Positions 36,631 to 45,639 of a DNA stretch of 64,000 nt are shown here, in pieces. The stretch is from Bacteroidales bacterium (GTDB lineage: Bacteria > Bacteroidota > Bacteroidia > Bacteroidales > UBA932). Each line of letters begins with the position of its first letter. Position 1 is the stretch's first letter. The notes below the pieces were generated by a model. That model saw nothing but the letters and a program-made list of their open reading frames with translations, was not told the origin of the DNA and did no database searches. A program made the translations under genes and the position numbers. The DNA lies in contig JBAZDQ010000007.1 in NCBI GenBank assembly GCA_041654355.1, positions 3,258 to 67,257 of the forward strand, in the 5' to 3' direction.

Positions 36631-37319
36631 GTGAAAAATGTTTTTAGGGCTCCCGCCAGCAACACCAGTATTCCCGCAAAGACCAGCCATCGCCACGGCT
36701 GGCGTGTGACCATAACAATACAGTAATCGGTCTTGTCTCCTTTTGCCGAGTCGTAATCCATCAAATATACCTGGTGCCCTTTGTAATTCACGGGTTGGTT
36801 TACCCGCAGCGTCCTGAGCACTGAATTTTCCTTACTGTCCGAGGCATCTTCCCTGCGGTCGATATCCTGCAGGGTAACTGTTGCCCGGTATTCCATGGGT
36901 TCGCCGGTCTGGTACCGGGTCACCCGGAAATCTTCCAGACGCAGGGTAAAAGGCAGCGAAGTAAGGGCGTATTCATGGCGGGGAACCATGACATGTGTCA
37001 CGGAAGCATCGGCAGTTCCCAGCATCCCGGCCCACAATGCCAGCCACAGCCCGAATCCTGCCAGGGAAAATTTCAAAAACAGACGCGATCCCAATACAAT
37101 CAAAAACACCGTAAGTACTACAATAAAAGGCCAGGTGTGTGTGAAAGCCAAATGTGCAGGCATAAATCCCTGAACCAGCGATACGGCTATCAACAGGATC
37201 AGGGCTATGGTCATGTATTTGTCCCGGTATAGTTTCCTGAATTTCCATCCCAGGAAAACAATACACAATCCTATTATCAAATTAACGGGGAAAGCAAACA
37301 AATGCAGGCTGACCGTCAT
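36627..37319 (-). CDS. Short ResB/CcsB-like cytochrome c biogenesis protein (230 aa)
   Basis: TM helices with a His (LAFTHTWPF). ResB-like periplasmic pattern FTLRLEDFRVTRYQTGEPMEYRATVTL...LRVNQPVNYKGHQVYLMDYD. Confidence 0.6.
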   Translation of the reverse strand: MTVSLHLFAFPVNLIIGLCIVFLGWKFRKLYRDKYMTIALILLIAVSLVQGFMPAHLAFTHTWPFIVVLTVFLIVLGSRLFLKFSLAGFGLWLALWAGMLGTADASVTHVMVPRHEYALTSLPFTLRLEDFRVTRYQTGEPMEYRATVTLQDIDRREDASDSKENSVLRTLRVNQPVNYKGHQVYLMDYDSAKGDKTDYCIVMVTRQPWRWLVFAGILVLLAGALKTFFT

Positions 37320-37341
37320 GGGCGAATGGTTTGGTTGGTAA

Positions 37342-37349
37342 CAAAGATA
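37342..37349 (-). promoter_or_regulatory. -7 promoter box (TATCTTTG on minus strand) for the resB-ccsA-ccp operon
   Basis: Plus strand reads CAAAGATA, 22 nt upstream of the ATG at 37319. Confidence 0.5.
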
Positions 37350-37371
37350 AAAAATCTGCCCGACAATTCCC

Positions 37372-37379
37372 TATCTTTG
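37372..37379 (+). promoter_or_regulatory. -7 promoter box TATCTTTG for the FkbM methyltransferase gene
   Basis: Exact TAnnTTTG match ending 7 nt before the ATG at 37387. Confidence 0.45.
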
Positions 37380-37386
37380 CAACACT

Positions 37387-38658
37387 ATGGAAAATATTCA
37401 TATAGCCGGACAATACAACCGGGATGAATTGTTGCTCAAAGAATTGAAGCAATCCGAACTGCCCCTGTTCCTGTATGGTATAGGATTGATAGCAGACACA
37501 GTCCAAATTTTTTTGAATGAAAACGGTATGCAGATTGCCGGCCGGGTCATAGACGATAAATACATTGACAACATACAACTCCGCACGGAAGATTCTTTAT
37601 TATCCATATCACAATTGAACCGCCAATATCCGGCTTTCAATGTGTTATTGTGCTTTTTCGGCGGGTACCGCCAGGACCTTACTCCTTACCGTCAGCTGTT
37701 TCCCGGGGCAGGCATCGTAAGCTTTTTATCTTCCGTATACGATCGTGGCGTCCTGGAACCTATGGACCGGGACTATGTTACATCCGACATCGCATCTTTT
37801 AACCGGGTATGTGACCTGCTGGAAGACAAACTCTCAAAAGACAGTCTGCAGGCATATATTAATGCCAAGGTCACCAAAGATGCCTCACACCTTTTTCCTT
37901 TCGTCAGGAGGCCTCAGTATTTTTCAGAACATAATGTTATTAAGGAACTGACACTTACCCGGAAAGAAATCATGATAAATTGCGGGGCCTATACCGGGGA
38001 TACCCTCATGGATTTCCTGGAAACCGTCGGAAACAAATACACAAAGATTTATGCCTGTGAAGCCGACAGCCAAAACGTGCGAAAACTGAGTAAATTTATT
38101 CATAACACCGCCCCGGATGGAAATATTACCATAGTCCCTAAATGTATCTCAAACACTTCTGAACCCGTTTGCTTTTTGAATGAAGGGACCATGCTTTCCC
38201 GGAAAGTGGAAACTCAACAAACGGGTTCTGTATGGGTAGAATCCACAACTATTGACGAATTATTGGAATCGTCCCCGGCCTCTTTGATTGTCATGGACGT
38301 AGAAGGCAACGAGCTGAAAGCCCTGCAGGGAGCCCGGCACACCATCCTTCACCACAAACCGCTCCTGGCCCTGGCAGCCTACCATAAAAAAGACGATATA
38401 CCCGTACTGTTTGATTATTTGAAAACCCTCATCCCGGATTATAAGTTCTATTTCCGGATTCACAAACCCATGGCCATAGATGCCGTCCTATATGCCGTCG
38501 CACCCCTTTCTGCTGCCCAAAAAAAAAGCCGGCTAAAAGCCAGCATTTTTGGAGGTACCCAGCGGAATCGAACCGCTGTACTCGGTTTTGCAGACCGATG
38601 CCTAACCACTCGGCCAGGGTACCTTGAAAAGGACTGCAAAGTTAATAAATATTTTTAA
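37387..38658 (+). CDS. FkbM-family SAM-dependent methyltransferase with N-terminal extension; 3' end uncertain
   Basis: MINCGAYTGDT, the pattern IVMDVEGNELKALQGA and LALAAYH. The last ~45 codons run through a terminator hairpin and the antisense tRNA-Cys gene (see findings). Confidence 0.65.
   Translation: MENIHIAGQYNRDELLLKELKQSELPLFLYGIGLIADTVQIFLNENGMQIAGRVIDDKYIDNIQLRTEDSLLSISQLNRQYPAFNVLLCFFGGYRQDLTPYRQLFPGAGIVSFLSSVYDRGVLEPMDRDYVTSDIASFNRVCDLLEDKLSKDSLQAYINAKVTKDASHLFPFVRRPQYFSEHNVIKELTLTRKEIMINCGAYTGDTLMDFLETVGNKYTKIYACEADSQNVRKLSKFIHNTAPDGNITIVPKCISNTSEPVCFLNEGTMLSRKVETQQTGSVWVESTTIDELLESSPASLIVMDVEGNELKALQGARHTILHHKPLLALAAYHKKDDIPVLFDYLKTLIPDYKFYFRIHKPMAIDAVLYAVAPLSAAQKKSRLKASIFGGTQRNRTAVLGFADRCLTTRPGYLEKDCKVNKYF
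38519..38544 (-). terminator. Rho-independent terminator downstream of tRNA-Cys
   Basis: On the minus strand, GCUGGC-UUUUA-GCCGGC (one G:U pair) is followed by a run of 9 U. The same stem on the plus strand has a C/A mismatch. Confidence 0.6.
38550..38623 (-). tRNA. tRNA-Cys (anticodon GCA), encoded CCA
   Basis: Reverse complement reads GGTACCCTGGCCGAGTGGTTAGGCATCGGTCTGCAAAACCGAGTACAGCGGTTCGATTCCGCTGGGTACCTCCA. Acceptor stem GGTACCC/GGGTACC, anticodon loop CTGCAAA, T-arm GGTTCGATTCC. Confidence 0.9.
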
Positions 38659-39688
38659 TTAGCCCAGCCAGTTTCTCCAGATGCTTCTTATCGGTTTTAT
38701 CAAACGTATTGAGCTTTTCGGAATCAATATCCAGAACGGCCCTGATACGGTCTTCATTGTCGGTCAACGGGACCACGATCTCCGAGCGGGAACGGGAATT
38801 ACACGCAATATGTCCCGGAAATTTGTCCACATCGGGAACAATCAACGTTTTACGCTGCTTCCACGAAGACCCGCAAACGCCCCGGCCATAGGGGATCCGG
38901 GTACAAGCTACAGGTCCCTGGAACGGGCCCAGAACCAGTTGACCGGCTACATCGTCCACAAGGTAAAAACCTACCCATAAAAATTTAAAAGTATCTTTAA
39001 TCAATGCCGCAATATTGGCCATGTTGGCTACAAGATCCGGCTCGTCATGCACCAGGGAAGCGGCCCGTTCCAGGACTTCTTCGTACATCCGCTGACGCGG
39101 GGATTTCTTTTCTTCCTGGTGAGTAATCAGTTCCCGGTAGATACGGTAACATACGTAAGCATCTGTTGCTGCATAGCGGGCCTGGGCTTCCGACAGGGGA
39201 TAAGCCTCCCAATTGGTAGTTTGCTGCGATTTGCTCACACGCTTGCCCAGGACAATAGCCGCCAGCTTTTTTACACTTTTCTCCACAATACCGTATTCCT
39301 GTGCCATATCCTGCAGATCCACAAATCCTTCCGCTTGAAAGGCTACGTAACGCTGCAGCCCAATAATATCGTCCCTCACGGCAGCTCCCACTTTCACAAT
39401 GCCGGGATCTCTCAATACGTCCACAAGTTCCGGCGGCAATCCAGTCTTTTTCAGGTGGATAAGAAAAGAACGGCTGTCTGTAGACAATTGCAAAAGGGCA
39501 GGCTTGTACATTTTACCCGAAGAAAAGCGGGGCTTGGTTTCCGTATCGAATCCCAAAACCGGTTGCCGGGAAAGATACTCCGCCGCTTTTTGTACCTGCG
39601 AACGCGTAGTAACAAGGGAAATGTGTCCCTTCAATTCCACCTGGGGGAACATATCCAGGACGCTGTTCTCAATGGTTGATGCAAACAT
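38642..39688 (-). CDS. Fusion protein: 3'-5' exonuclease (DEDD, RNase D/WRN-like) N-terminal domain + GAF domain of the free methionine-(R)-sulfoxide reductase (fRMsr/YebR) type
   Basis: N-terminal half: VLGFDTETKP...LLQLST...VGAAVRDD...YAATDAYVCYRIY. C-terminal half: FLWVGFYLVD...LVLGPFQGPVACTRIPYGRGVCGSSW...VPDVDKFPGHIACNSRSRSEIVVPL. It is one uninterrupted ORF. Confidence 0.8.
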   Translation of the reverse strand: MFASTIENSVLDMFPQVELKGHISLVTTRSQVQKAAEYLSRQPVLGFDTETKPRFSSGKMYKPALLQLSTDSRSFLIHLKKTGLPPELVDVLRDPGIVKVGAAVRDDIIGLQRYVAFQAEGFVDLQDMAQEYGIVEKSVKKLAAIVLGKRVSKSQQTTNWEAYPLSEAQARYAATDAYVCYRIYRELITHQEEKKSPRQRMYEEVLERAASLVHDEPDLVANMANIAALIKDTFKFLWVGFYLVDDVAGQLVLGPFQGPVACTRIPYGRGVCGSSWKQRKTLIVPDVDKFPGHIACNSRSRSEIVVPLTDNEDRIRAVLDIDSEKLNTFDKTDKKHLEKLAGLIKNIY

Positions 39689-40856
39689 TTAGTAAAGGGT
39701 ATTTAGAAAGATCCAACGGTTCTGCCGAATGTATCCGCACACAAGAAGGGGTGGTACGGAAAGCGGCCAGGCGATCATTTCTCAATGCCTGGTACAATAT
39801 TCCGGCAGCCTCTTCACCCGGATTGATCAGAACCACTTTCGGATCAATAAGATGTCTATAAATATAACGGTTGTTTTGCCTGAAGTTCCTCAAAAAAGTA
39901 AGCTGCTCCAGAATGATACCGGGATAACGTGAAAACGTATTCTCCCCGGTCAGAATGTATTTCAAAGGAGGATGACTGCCCGGTAACAATTGGCTGACCA
40001 TGGAAGTTACCGCGTAACGGACAGCATTTTCCGAAGAATTGACTTCCATTACCCCGGGGTTGTACCGGGAACCCCTGTAGTTCATGCCGGATCGGGAATA
40101 ATCAAAATGGTATGCCCTGATCAATTCCCTGTCCAGGGGATAAAGCGGGTTGGTTAAAGAAGGAAGGCTGTCAGGAGTAAAACCTTGGAAAACCACTTCC
40201 ACCTCTTTGGTCAGTCGATCATATGCATCAAGCGCCAGGCTGCTTTCAGAAGCGATCACACCTACCGTAATGCGTTTGTTTCTTTCCGAATGTAATCGTC
40301 GCACATAATCCAGCGTTTTGTCAACACCTGCCTCTAAAACGCTTATGGCAACAATACGCAGATTACCGGCCCGGATCAGTTCCTGAAGATCTTCAAAGGC
40401 TATTACCGAGGCAGGATCTCCGGCAATCACAAGCGCTTTGACCGGCGGCCTGTCTCCTTCCCGGCGGAACATACCCGCCATGTTTTTTATAGTTTCAATT
40501 CGGGCCGAGTCGTTTGCCGTAGGCCGGCAAACAAAATCGAAATATTCGCCTGCAAAATCATGGATCCCGTCGCGGCCCGCTTTGCCCGTTATGTTGTCAA
40601 ACTGATCAAAGCCGAGTAGAACTTCCACCGCTGTAATATCTTCTTTTTCAGTGCCAAAAACGCCTATTGGCAATATTTCCCTCTGATCCGGAAAAGAAGC
40701 CGGATCCAGGTACCAGGCAGAATTGGTGTCATTCAGAATTTCGGTGATGACAGGTAACCGATCAGGTGCTTCTTCTTGTGTATTCCCGCAAGATGCGGTC
40801 ATCCACAACAGGCAGCTAAAGAAGAATATCTTATTTATCGTAAGTGAACGTGCCAT
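39669..40856 (-). CDS. Lipoprotein of unknown function (395 aa)
   Basis: Lipobox WMTASC. No recognisable catalytic motif. It overlaps both neighbouring genes by 20-26 nt. Confidence 0.5.
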   Translation of the reverse strand: MARSLTINKIFFFSCLLWMTASCGNTQEEAPDRLPVITEILNDTNSAWYLDPASFPDQREILPIGVFGTEKEDITAVEVLLGFDQFDNITGKAGRDGIHDFAGEYFDFVCRPTANDSARIETIKNMAGMFRREGDRPPVKALVIAGDPASVIAFEDLQELIRAGNLRIVAISVLEAGVDKTLDYVRRLHSERNKRITVGVIASESSLALDAYDRLTKEVEVVFQGFTPDSLPSLTNPLYPLDRELIRAYHFDYSRSGMNYRGSRYNPGVMEVNSSENAVRYAVTSMVSQLLPGSHPPLKYILTGENTFSRYPGIILEQLTFLRNFRQNNRYIYRHLIDPKVVLINPGEEAAGILYQALRNDRLAAFRTTPSCVRIHSAEPLDLSKYPLLNVCINH

Positions 40857-42012
40857 ATTGATTTTTAATGGTTACCCTGCGCCCTTTTATAGCTTCCACT
40901 TTCCCAACAATTCGTGCTTCCAGTCCGTAAGCGGCTGCCTTTTCTATCATAAGGGGAGCTGCTTCACCGGGCACATACAATTCCATACGGTGTCCCATAT
41001 TAAACACTGTATACATCTCTTTCCATGAAGTTCCGCTGATCCTTTGGATTTCCCTGAATAGCGGGGGAACGGGAAAAAGATCATCCTTAATTATATGAAG
41101 ATCGTCAATAAAATGAAGTATTTTAGTCTGTCCTCCACCGGAACAATGGATCATACCGTGCACAAAACTGCGGTGCGTATCCAGAATATCTTTGATAACC
41201 GGCGCGTAGGTGCGGGTAGGGGAGAGAACCAGCTGTCCGTAAGTCAGCCCCGTCTCGGGCTCGATATCCGTAAGTTTCCTGGTCCCGGAATAAACGTATT
41301 CAGAAGGAATTCCGTTATCAAAACTTTCCGGGAAAGCAGCCGCAACTGTTTTATTAAAAACATCGTGCCGGGCACTGGTCAACCCGTTACTGCCCATACC
41401 TCCGTTATAATAATCTTCATAATTGGTTTTTCCGAATGAAGCCAATCCCACAATAACATCTCCCGGTTGTATCCGGCTGTTATCTATCACAAGATCCCTC
41501 CGGATCCGGGCACACACGGTACTGTCCACGATCACGGTCCTGACCAGGTCCCCTACATCTGCCGTTTCACCGCCGGTAAGCTCCATGCGGATCCCCAATT
41601 CTGTCATACGCCCGCAAAATTGCCGGCTTCCCTGTATCAACTCCTTGATCACCTCAGCCGGGATAAGCCTTTTATTGCGACCTATGGTAGAGCTTAAAAT
41701 AATGTCCGAGGTCACTCCCACACACAACAGATCGTCCAGGTTCATTACAATGGCATCCTGGGCGATTCCTTTCCAAATTCCCGGATCCCCGGTTTCTTTC
41801 CAATAACAATAAGCCAGGGAGGATTTGGAACCGGCCCCGTCGGCATGCATCACCAGACAGTATTCCGGATCACCGGTGAGGATATCAGGTATTATTTTGC
41901 AGAAAGCTCCCGGAAACAGGCCCTTGTCGAATCCTTCCAGGGCACTGTGTACCTCGTTTTTTGAAGAAGATACTCCCCGTTTGCTATACTTCCCGGCTTC
42001 CAGGTCATTCAT
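40831..42012 (-). CDS. AIR synthase-related protein (PurM-like phosphoribosylformylglycinamidine cyclo-ligase)
   Basis: PurM-family patterns HADGAGSK, DDLLCVG, GGETADVG and HCSGGGQTK. Length is typical of Bacteroidetes PurM. Confidence 0.7.
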   Translation of the reverse strand: MNDLEAGKYSKRGVSSSKNEVHSALEGFDKGLFPGAFCKIIPDILTGDPEYCLVMHADGAGSKSSLAYCYWKETGDPGIWKGIAQDAIVMNLDDLLCVGVTSDIILSSTIGRNKRLIPAEVIKELIQGSRQFCGRMTELGIRMELTGGETADVGDLVRTVIVDSTVCARIRRDLVIDNSRIQPGDVIVGLASFGKTNYEDYYNGGMGSNGLTSARHDVFNKTVAAAFPESFDNGIPSEYVYSGTRKLTDIEPETGLTYGQLVLSPTRTYAPVIKDILDTHRSFVHGMIHCSGGGQTKILHFIDDLHIIKDDLFPVPPLFREIQRISGTSWKEMYTVFNMGHRMELYVPGEAAPLMIEKAAAYGLEARIVGKVEAIKGRRVTIKNQYGTFTYDK

Positions 42013-42054
42013 GGTACAAAATGCTTAATCCTGACAAAGATCGTAAAAAAATGG

Positions 42055-44238
42055 TTAACGGAGGAATAACAACTCCCGGTATTTGGGCAGCGGCCAGAGT
42101 TCATCGTCCACAATCATTTCCAGGTGATCGGCACAATGCCGTATCTGATCCATAAGGGGTAATATATCTTTGGCGTATGCCGCGGCTTTTTTATGCAATG
42201 ATTCCAGCTGGTTGGCTTTTTTACGTGCTTCTATAAGCAAATGCACCAGGTTACGAAGGTCATTCACATAACCTGCCGTTTTTCTTATGGCTTTCAGCTG
42301 GGTGGATACCAGCTCCTGGTATTCATCGGCCGGGAAAACTTCTTTCAAACTTCGTACATTTTCCAGCAACAGGTTTTCGTGACGGATGGCAGTGGGTACA
42401 AAATGGTTGATGGCCAGATCTCCCAGGACGCGCGCTTCTATCTGAAGTTTCTTGACATACATTTCATTTTTGACCTCAAACCGGGCTTCCAGTTCCCTGC
42501 GGCTCATCACCCGGGTTTCTTCCATCAGTTTAACGGTTTTGGATTCCAGCAATGATTTGTAGGAGGCAGGGACATCCTGTATTCCCCGCAACCCGCGCCG
42601 GGCTGCTTCTGCCTGCCATTGGGCACTGTACCCGTTCCCTTCAAAGCGAATCTCCCTTGATTCTTTGACAAACTTCCGGATCACCTTTATCAGGGCATCT
42701 TCCTGTTTCAATCCCGATTTCAGCTCTTTGTCCACCTGGGTTTTGAAATTTATCAGCTGTTGTGCCACGGCCGTGTTCAAAAACAGCATGGACGAGGCAC
42801 AGTTTGCCGAGGAGCCTATGGCCCTGAATTCAAACCGGTTCCCGGTGAAGGCGAACGGAGAGGTGCGATTCCGGTCTGTATTGTCCGGGAAAATATCGGG
42901 AACCATTCCCACGATCTGCATCCGTACCTGCTCAATGTCCTTTTTACTCTGTACCCCGCCTTTCTCAATCAGGTCCAACAACTCGGCAAGTGTGCTTCCC
43001 ATGAACATGGATAGCACTGCCGGGGGAGCTTCGGAGCCGCCCAGGCGGTATGAATTGCTCAGCGACGCCACGGTGGACATGATCAAAAAATGGTGTTCGT
43101 AGACGGCTTTCAGGGTACATGCAATAAAGCTTAAAAACTGCAGGTTGTCCTGCGGTGTTTTGCCGGGGGAAAAGACATTGACGCCTTTGTTGGTGCACAG
43201 ACTCCAGTTACAGTGTTTCCCGGAACCGTTGATTCCGTCGTATGGCTTCTCGTGAAAAATAACTTTCAGGTTATGTTTTTTGGCCAGTTTGCGCATGACC
43301 ATCATGATCATCTGGTTGTGATCGATGGCCAGGTTGGCTTCCTCGTGGTATGGCGCAAATTCAAACTGGTTGGGAGCTACCTCATTATGACGTGTTTTTA
43401 TATATACGCCCAGTTTATAGGCTTCTGTCTCAAAATCTTTCATAAAAGCCATTACCCGGGAAGGAATATTGCCAAAGTAATGATCTTCCAGCTGTTGGTC
43501 CTTCGCAGCAGTATGTCCCTGCAAGGTGCGGTCGCAAAGCATCAAGTCCGGCCGTGCCCGGTATAAGGACAGATCCACCACAAAATATTCCTGTTCAATG
43601 CCGTAGATCACATTGACACTTTCCGTTTCCGCGTCAAAATAGCGGGCTACATCGGTAGCCGCGTGGTCCAGGGCCCTAATGGACTTCAGGTGCGGTGTTT
43701 TAATATCCAGGGCATCTCCTGTATATGACACAAAAATGGTGGGAATACACAGTGTCTGATCCATGATAAAAGCCGGCGAACTGGGATCCCAGGCTGTATA
43801 GCCGCGGGCTTCAAAAGTGTTTCGCAAACCACCGCTCGGGAAGCTGGACGCATCGGGCTCCTGCTGGATCAGGGAATCTCCCATGAATTGTTCAATAGCA
43901 CAGCCGTTTGAGTAAGGTCTGATAAATGCTTCGTGCTTTTCTGCCGTTGTCTCACTCAGGGGATGGAACCAGTGCGTGTAGTGAGTGGCACCGCGCTCCA
44001 TGGCCCAGGTACGCATTCCTTCCGCCACAAAAGCAGCCACACTTCGGTCAATCCTGGTTTTCTTTTCAATAGCCTGTACCACTGCATCGTAAGCAGTTTC
44101 AGGCAGGTAGTTGCGCATTTTTTTGAGATCAAAAACATTTTGACCAAAAAAAGCAGAGACAGGTTTTGTTTCTACACAGAAACGTTCCATTTTGTGCGAC
44201 GAAAATTCTGATAATGCTTTGTGTCTGAAAGTCGACAT
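42055..44238 (-). CDS. glnN: Glutamine synthetase type III
   Basis: About 727 aa with the GSIII pattern (HYTHWFHPL, EQEYF, NEVAPNQFE, HEKPYDGINGSGKHCNWS). The ATG at 44238 (MSTFRHK) is preferred to the track TTG at 44262. Confidence 0.9.
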   Translation of the reverse strand: MSTFRHKALSEFSSHKMERFCVETKPVSAFFGQNVFDLKKMRNYLPETAYDAVVQAIEKKTRIDRSVAAFVAEGMRTWAMERGATHYTHWFHPLSETTAEKHEAFIRPYSNGCAIEQFMGDSLIQQEPDASSFPSGGLRNTFEARGYTAWDPSSPAFIMDQTLCIPTIFVSYTGDALDIKTPHLKSIRALDHAATDVARYFDAETESVNVIYGIEQEYFVVDLSLYRARPDLMLCDRTLQGHTAAKDQQLEDHYFGNIPSRVMAFMKDFETEAYKLGVYIKTRHNEVAPNQFEFAPYHEEANLAIDHNQMIMMVMRKLAKKHNLKVIFHEKPYDGINGSGKHCNWSLCTNKGVNVFSPGKTPQDNLQFLSFIACTLKAVYEHHFLIMSTVASLSNSYRLGGSEAPPAVLSMFMGSTLAELLDLIEKGGVQSKKDIEQVRMQIVGMVPDIFPDNTDRNRTSPFAFTGNRFEFRAIGSSANCASSMLFLNTAVAQQLINFKTQVDKELKSGLKQEDALIKVIRKFVKESREIRFEGNGYSAQWQAEAARRGLRGIQDVPASYKSLLESKTVKLMEETRVMSRRELEARFEVKNEMYVKKLQIEARVLGDLAINHFVPTAIRHENLLLENVRSLKEVFPADEYQELVSTQLKAIRKTAGYVNDLRNLVHLLIEARKKANQLESLHKKAAAYAKDILPLMDQIRHCADHLEMIVDDELWPLPKYRELLFLR

Positions 44239-44259
44239 TTTTATAGGATTTAAATCCAA

Positions 44260-44267
44260 CAAAAATA
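44260..44267 (-). promoter_or_regulatory. -7 promoter box (TATTTTTG on minus strand) for glnN
   Basis: Plus strand reads CAAAAATA, 21 nt upstream of the ATG at 44238. Confidence 0.45.
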
Positions 44268-44350
44268 AAAAAAAATCCGGGCCTTACAGACGTGTTATAT
44301 GCTTCTTCGTAAATTGTAAGAAATTATTGTTTTTTGTTTAAAGAAAGGTC

Positions 44351-44358
44351 TATATTTG
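44351..44358 (+). promoter_or_regulatory. -7 promoter box TATATTTG for the aminotransferase gene
   Basis: Exact TAnnTTTG match 30 nt upstream of the ATG at 44388. Confidence 0.5.
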
Positions 44359-44387
44359 CAGATTAAATTTATAAATTTTAAGTCTTT

Positions 44388-45584
44388 ATGTTAGGTATCT
44401 CTGAATTATCCAGGAAAATGCCTGCTTCTCCCATCCGAAAGCTGGTTCCCTATGCCGAAGCTGCAAAAAAACGCGGCGTTAAAGTGTATCATTTGAACAT
44501 CGGACAGCCCGACATTGCATCTCCCAGGGAAGCCATTGACACTGTTCGCAATACGGATCTTAAACTGGTGTCATATCCGCACTCGGCCGGAATTGAATCT
44601 TACCGCAGGGGATTGGCAAAATATTACCGGGATGTAAATATCGACCTTTCCTACGAAGAGATCATCGTTACCGTCGGAGGTTCCGAAGCATTGCAGATAG
44701 GATTGAAGGTTTGCTGCAATCCCGGGGACGAAGTGATTGTTTTTGAGCCTTTCTACACCAACTACAATACATTTGCCTTAATGGCCGGAGTGAAGTTTGT
44801 TCCCGTAACCACAACCATTGAGAGCGGTTTCGCTTTACCGCCTATGTCAGAGGTAGAAAAATACATTACCCCTAAAACAAAAGCCATTCTCATAAACAGT
44901 CCCGGCAATCCCACCGGAACCCTTTACACCAAAGAGGACATCCTGCAATTAGGAGAAATAGTGAAAAAATACAGTTTATTCCTGTTGTCCGATGAAGTTT
45001 ACCGTGAATTCTGCTATTCGGAAGAACCCCACTTTTCCTGCATGCAGATCCCGGGTGCCGAAGAAAATGTCATACTTATTGATTCGGTATCAAAACGTTA
45101 CAGCCTGTGTGGAGTCCGTATTGGATGTATTGCTTCACATAACAAAGAAGTCATGAGTGCCGTAATGCGTTTTGCCCAGGCACGTTTATGTGCTCCCGCC
45201 CTGGGACAGATGGCCGCCGAAGGAGCCCTGGCTACGCCGGAAGAATACTTCATTGCTGTTAAAGAAGAGTATATTGACAGACGCAACCTGATGGTAGACC
45301 GTTTGAATAAAATGGAAGGCGTTTATTCTCCCATGCCTATGGGTGCTTTTTATACTACGGCCCGTTTGCCGGTTGACGATTCTGACAAATTCGCCCAATG
45401 GTTGCTGGAAAGTTTCAGCTACAAAGGCCAGACCGTTATGGTAGCCCCGGCCGCCGGCTTTTACGCCACTCCCGGCAAGGGCACAGACGAAGTCCGCATT
45501 GCTTACGTACTGAAAAAAGAAGACATCAGCAATGCCATGGACTGCCTGGAAGAGGCCCTGAAGCAATACCCCGGACGAAAATAG
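44388..45584 (+). CDS. PLP-dependent class I/II aminotransferase (aspartate/aromatic type)
   Basis: LNIGQPD, NSPGNPTG, and the PLP-lysine region DSVSKRYSLCGVRIG. Confidence 0.9.
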   Translation: MLGISELSRKMPASPIRKLVPYAEAAKKRGVKVYHLNIGQPDIASPREAIDTVRNTDLKLVSYPHSAGIESYRRGLAKYYRDVNIDLSYEEIIVTVGGSEALQIGLKVCCNPGDEVIVFEPFYTNYNTFALMAGVKFVPVTTTIESGFALPPMSEVEKYITPKTKAILINSPGNPTGTLYTKEDILQLGEIVKKYSLFLLSDEVYREFCYSEEPHFSCMQIPGAEENVILIDSVSKRYSLCGVRIGCIASHNKEVMSAVMRFAQARLCAPALGQMAAEGALATPEEYFIAVKEEYIDRRNLMVDRLNKMEGVYSPMPMGAFYTTARLPVDDSDKFAQWLLESFSYKGQTVMVAPAAGFYATPGKGTDEVRIAYVLKKEDISNAMDCLEEALKQYPGRK

Positions 45585-45596
45585 CATCTTCAGGAT

Positions 45597-45617
45597 GGTG
45601 CGCCACTCCGGCGCACC
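45597..45617 (+). terminator. GC-rich hairpin after the aminotransferase (possible terminator/attenuator, no U-tract)
   Basis: GGTGCGCC-ACTCC-GGCGCACC forms a perfect 8-bp stem. Confidence 0.3.
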
Positions 45618-45639
45618 GTCTCCAAGTTATACTCCCTTT

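Noticed and set aside
44239-44262. TTG start extending glnN by 8 codons
   Set aside because: It would place the start inside the predicted -7 promoter box (44260-44267). The ATG at 44238 gives the canonical GSIII N-terminus.
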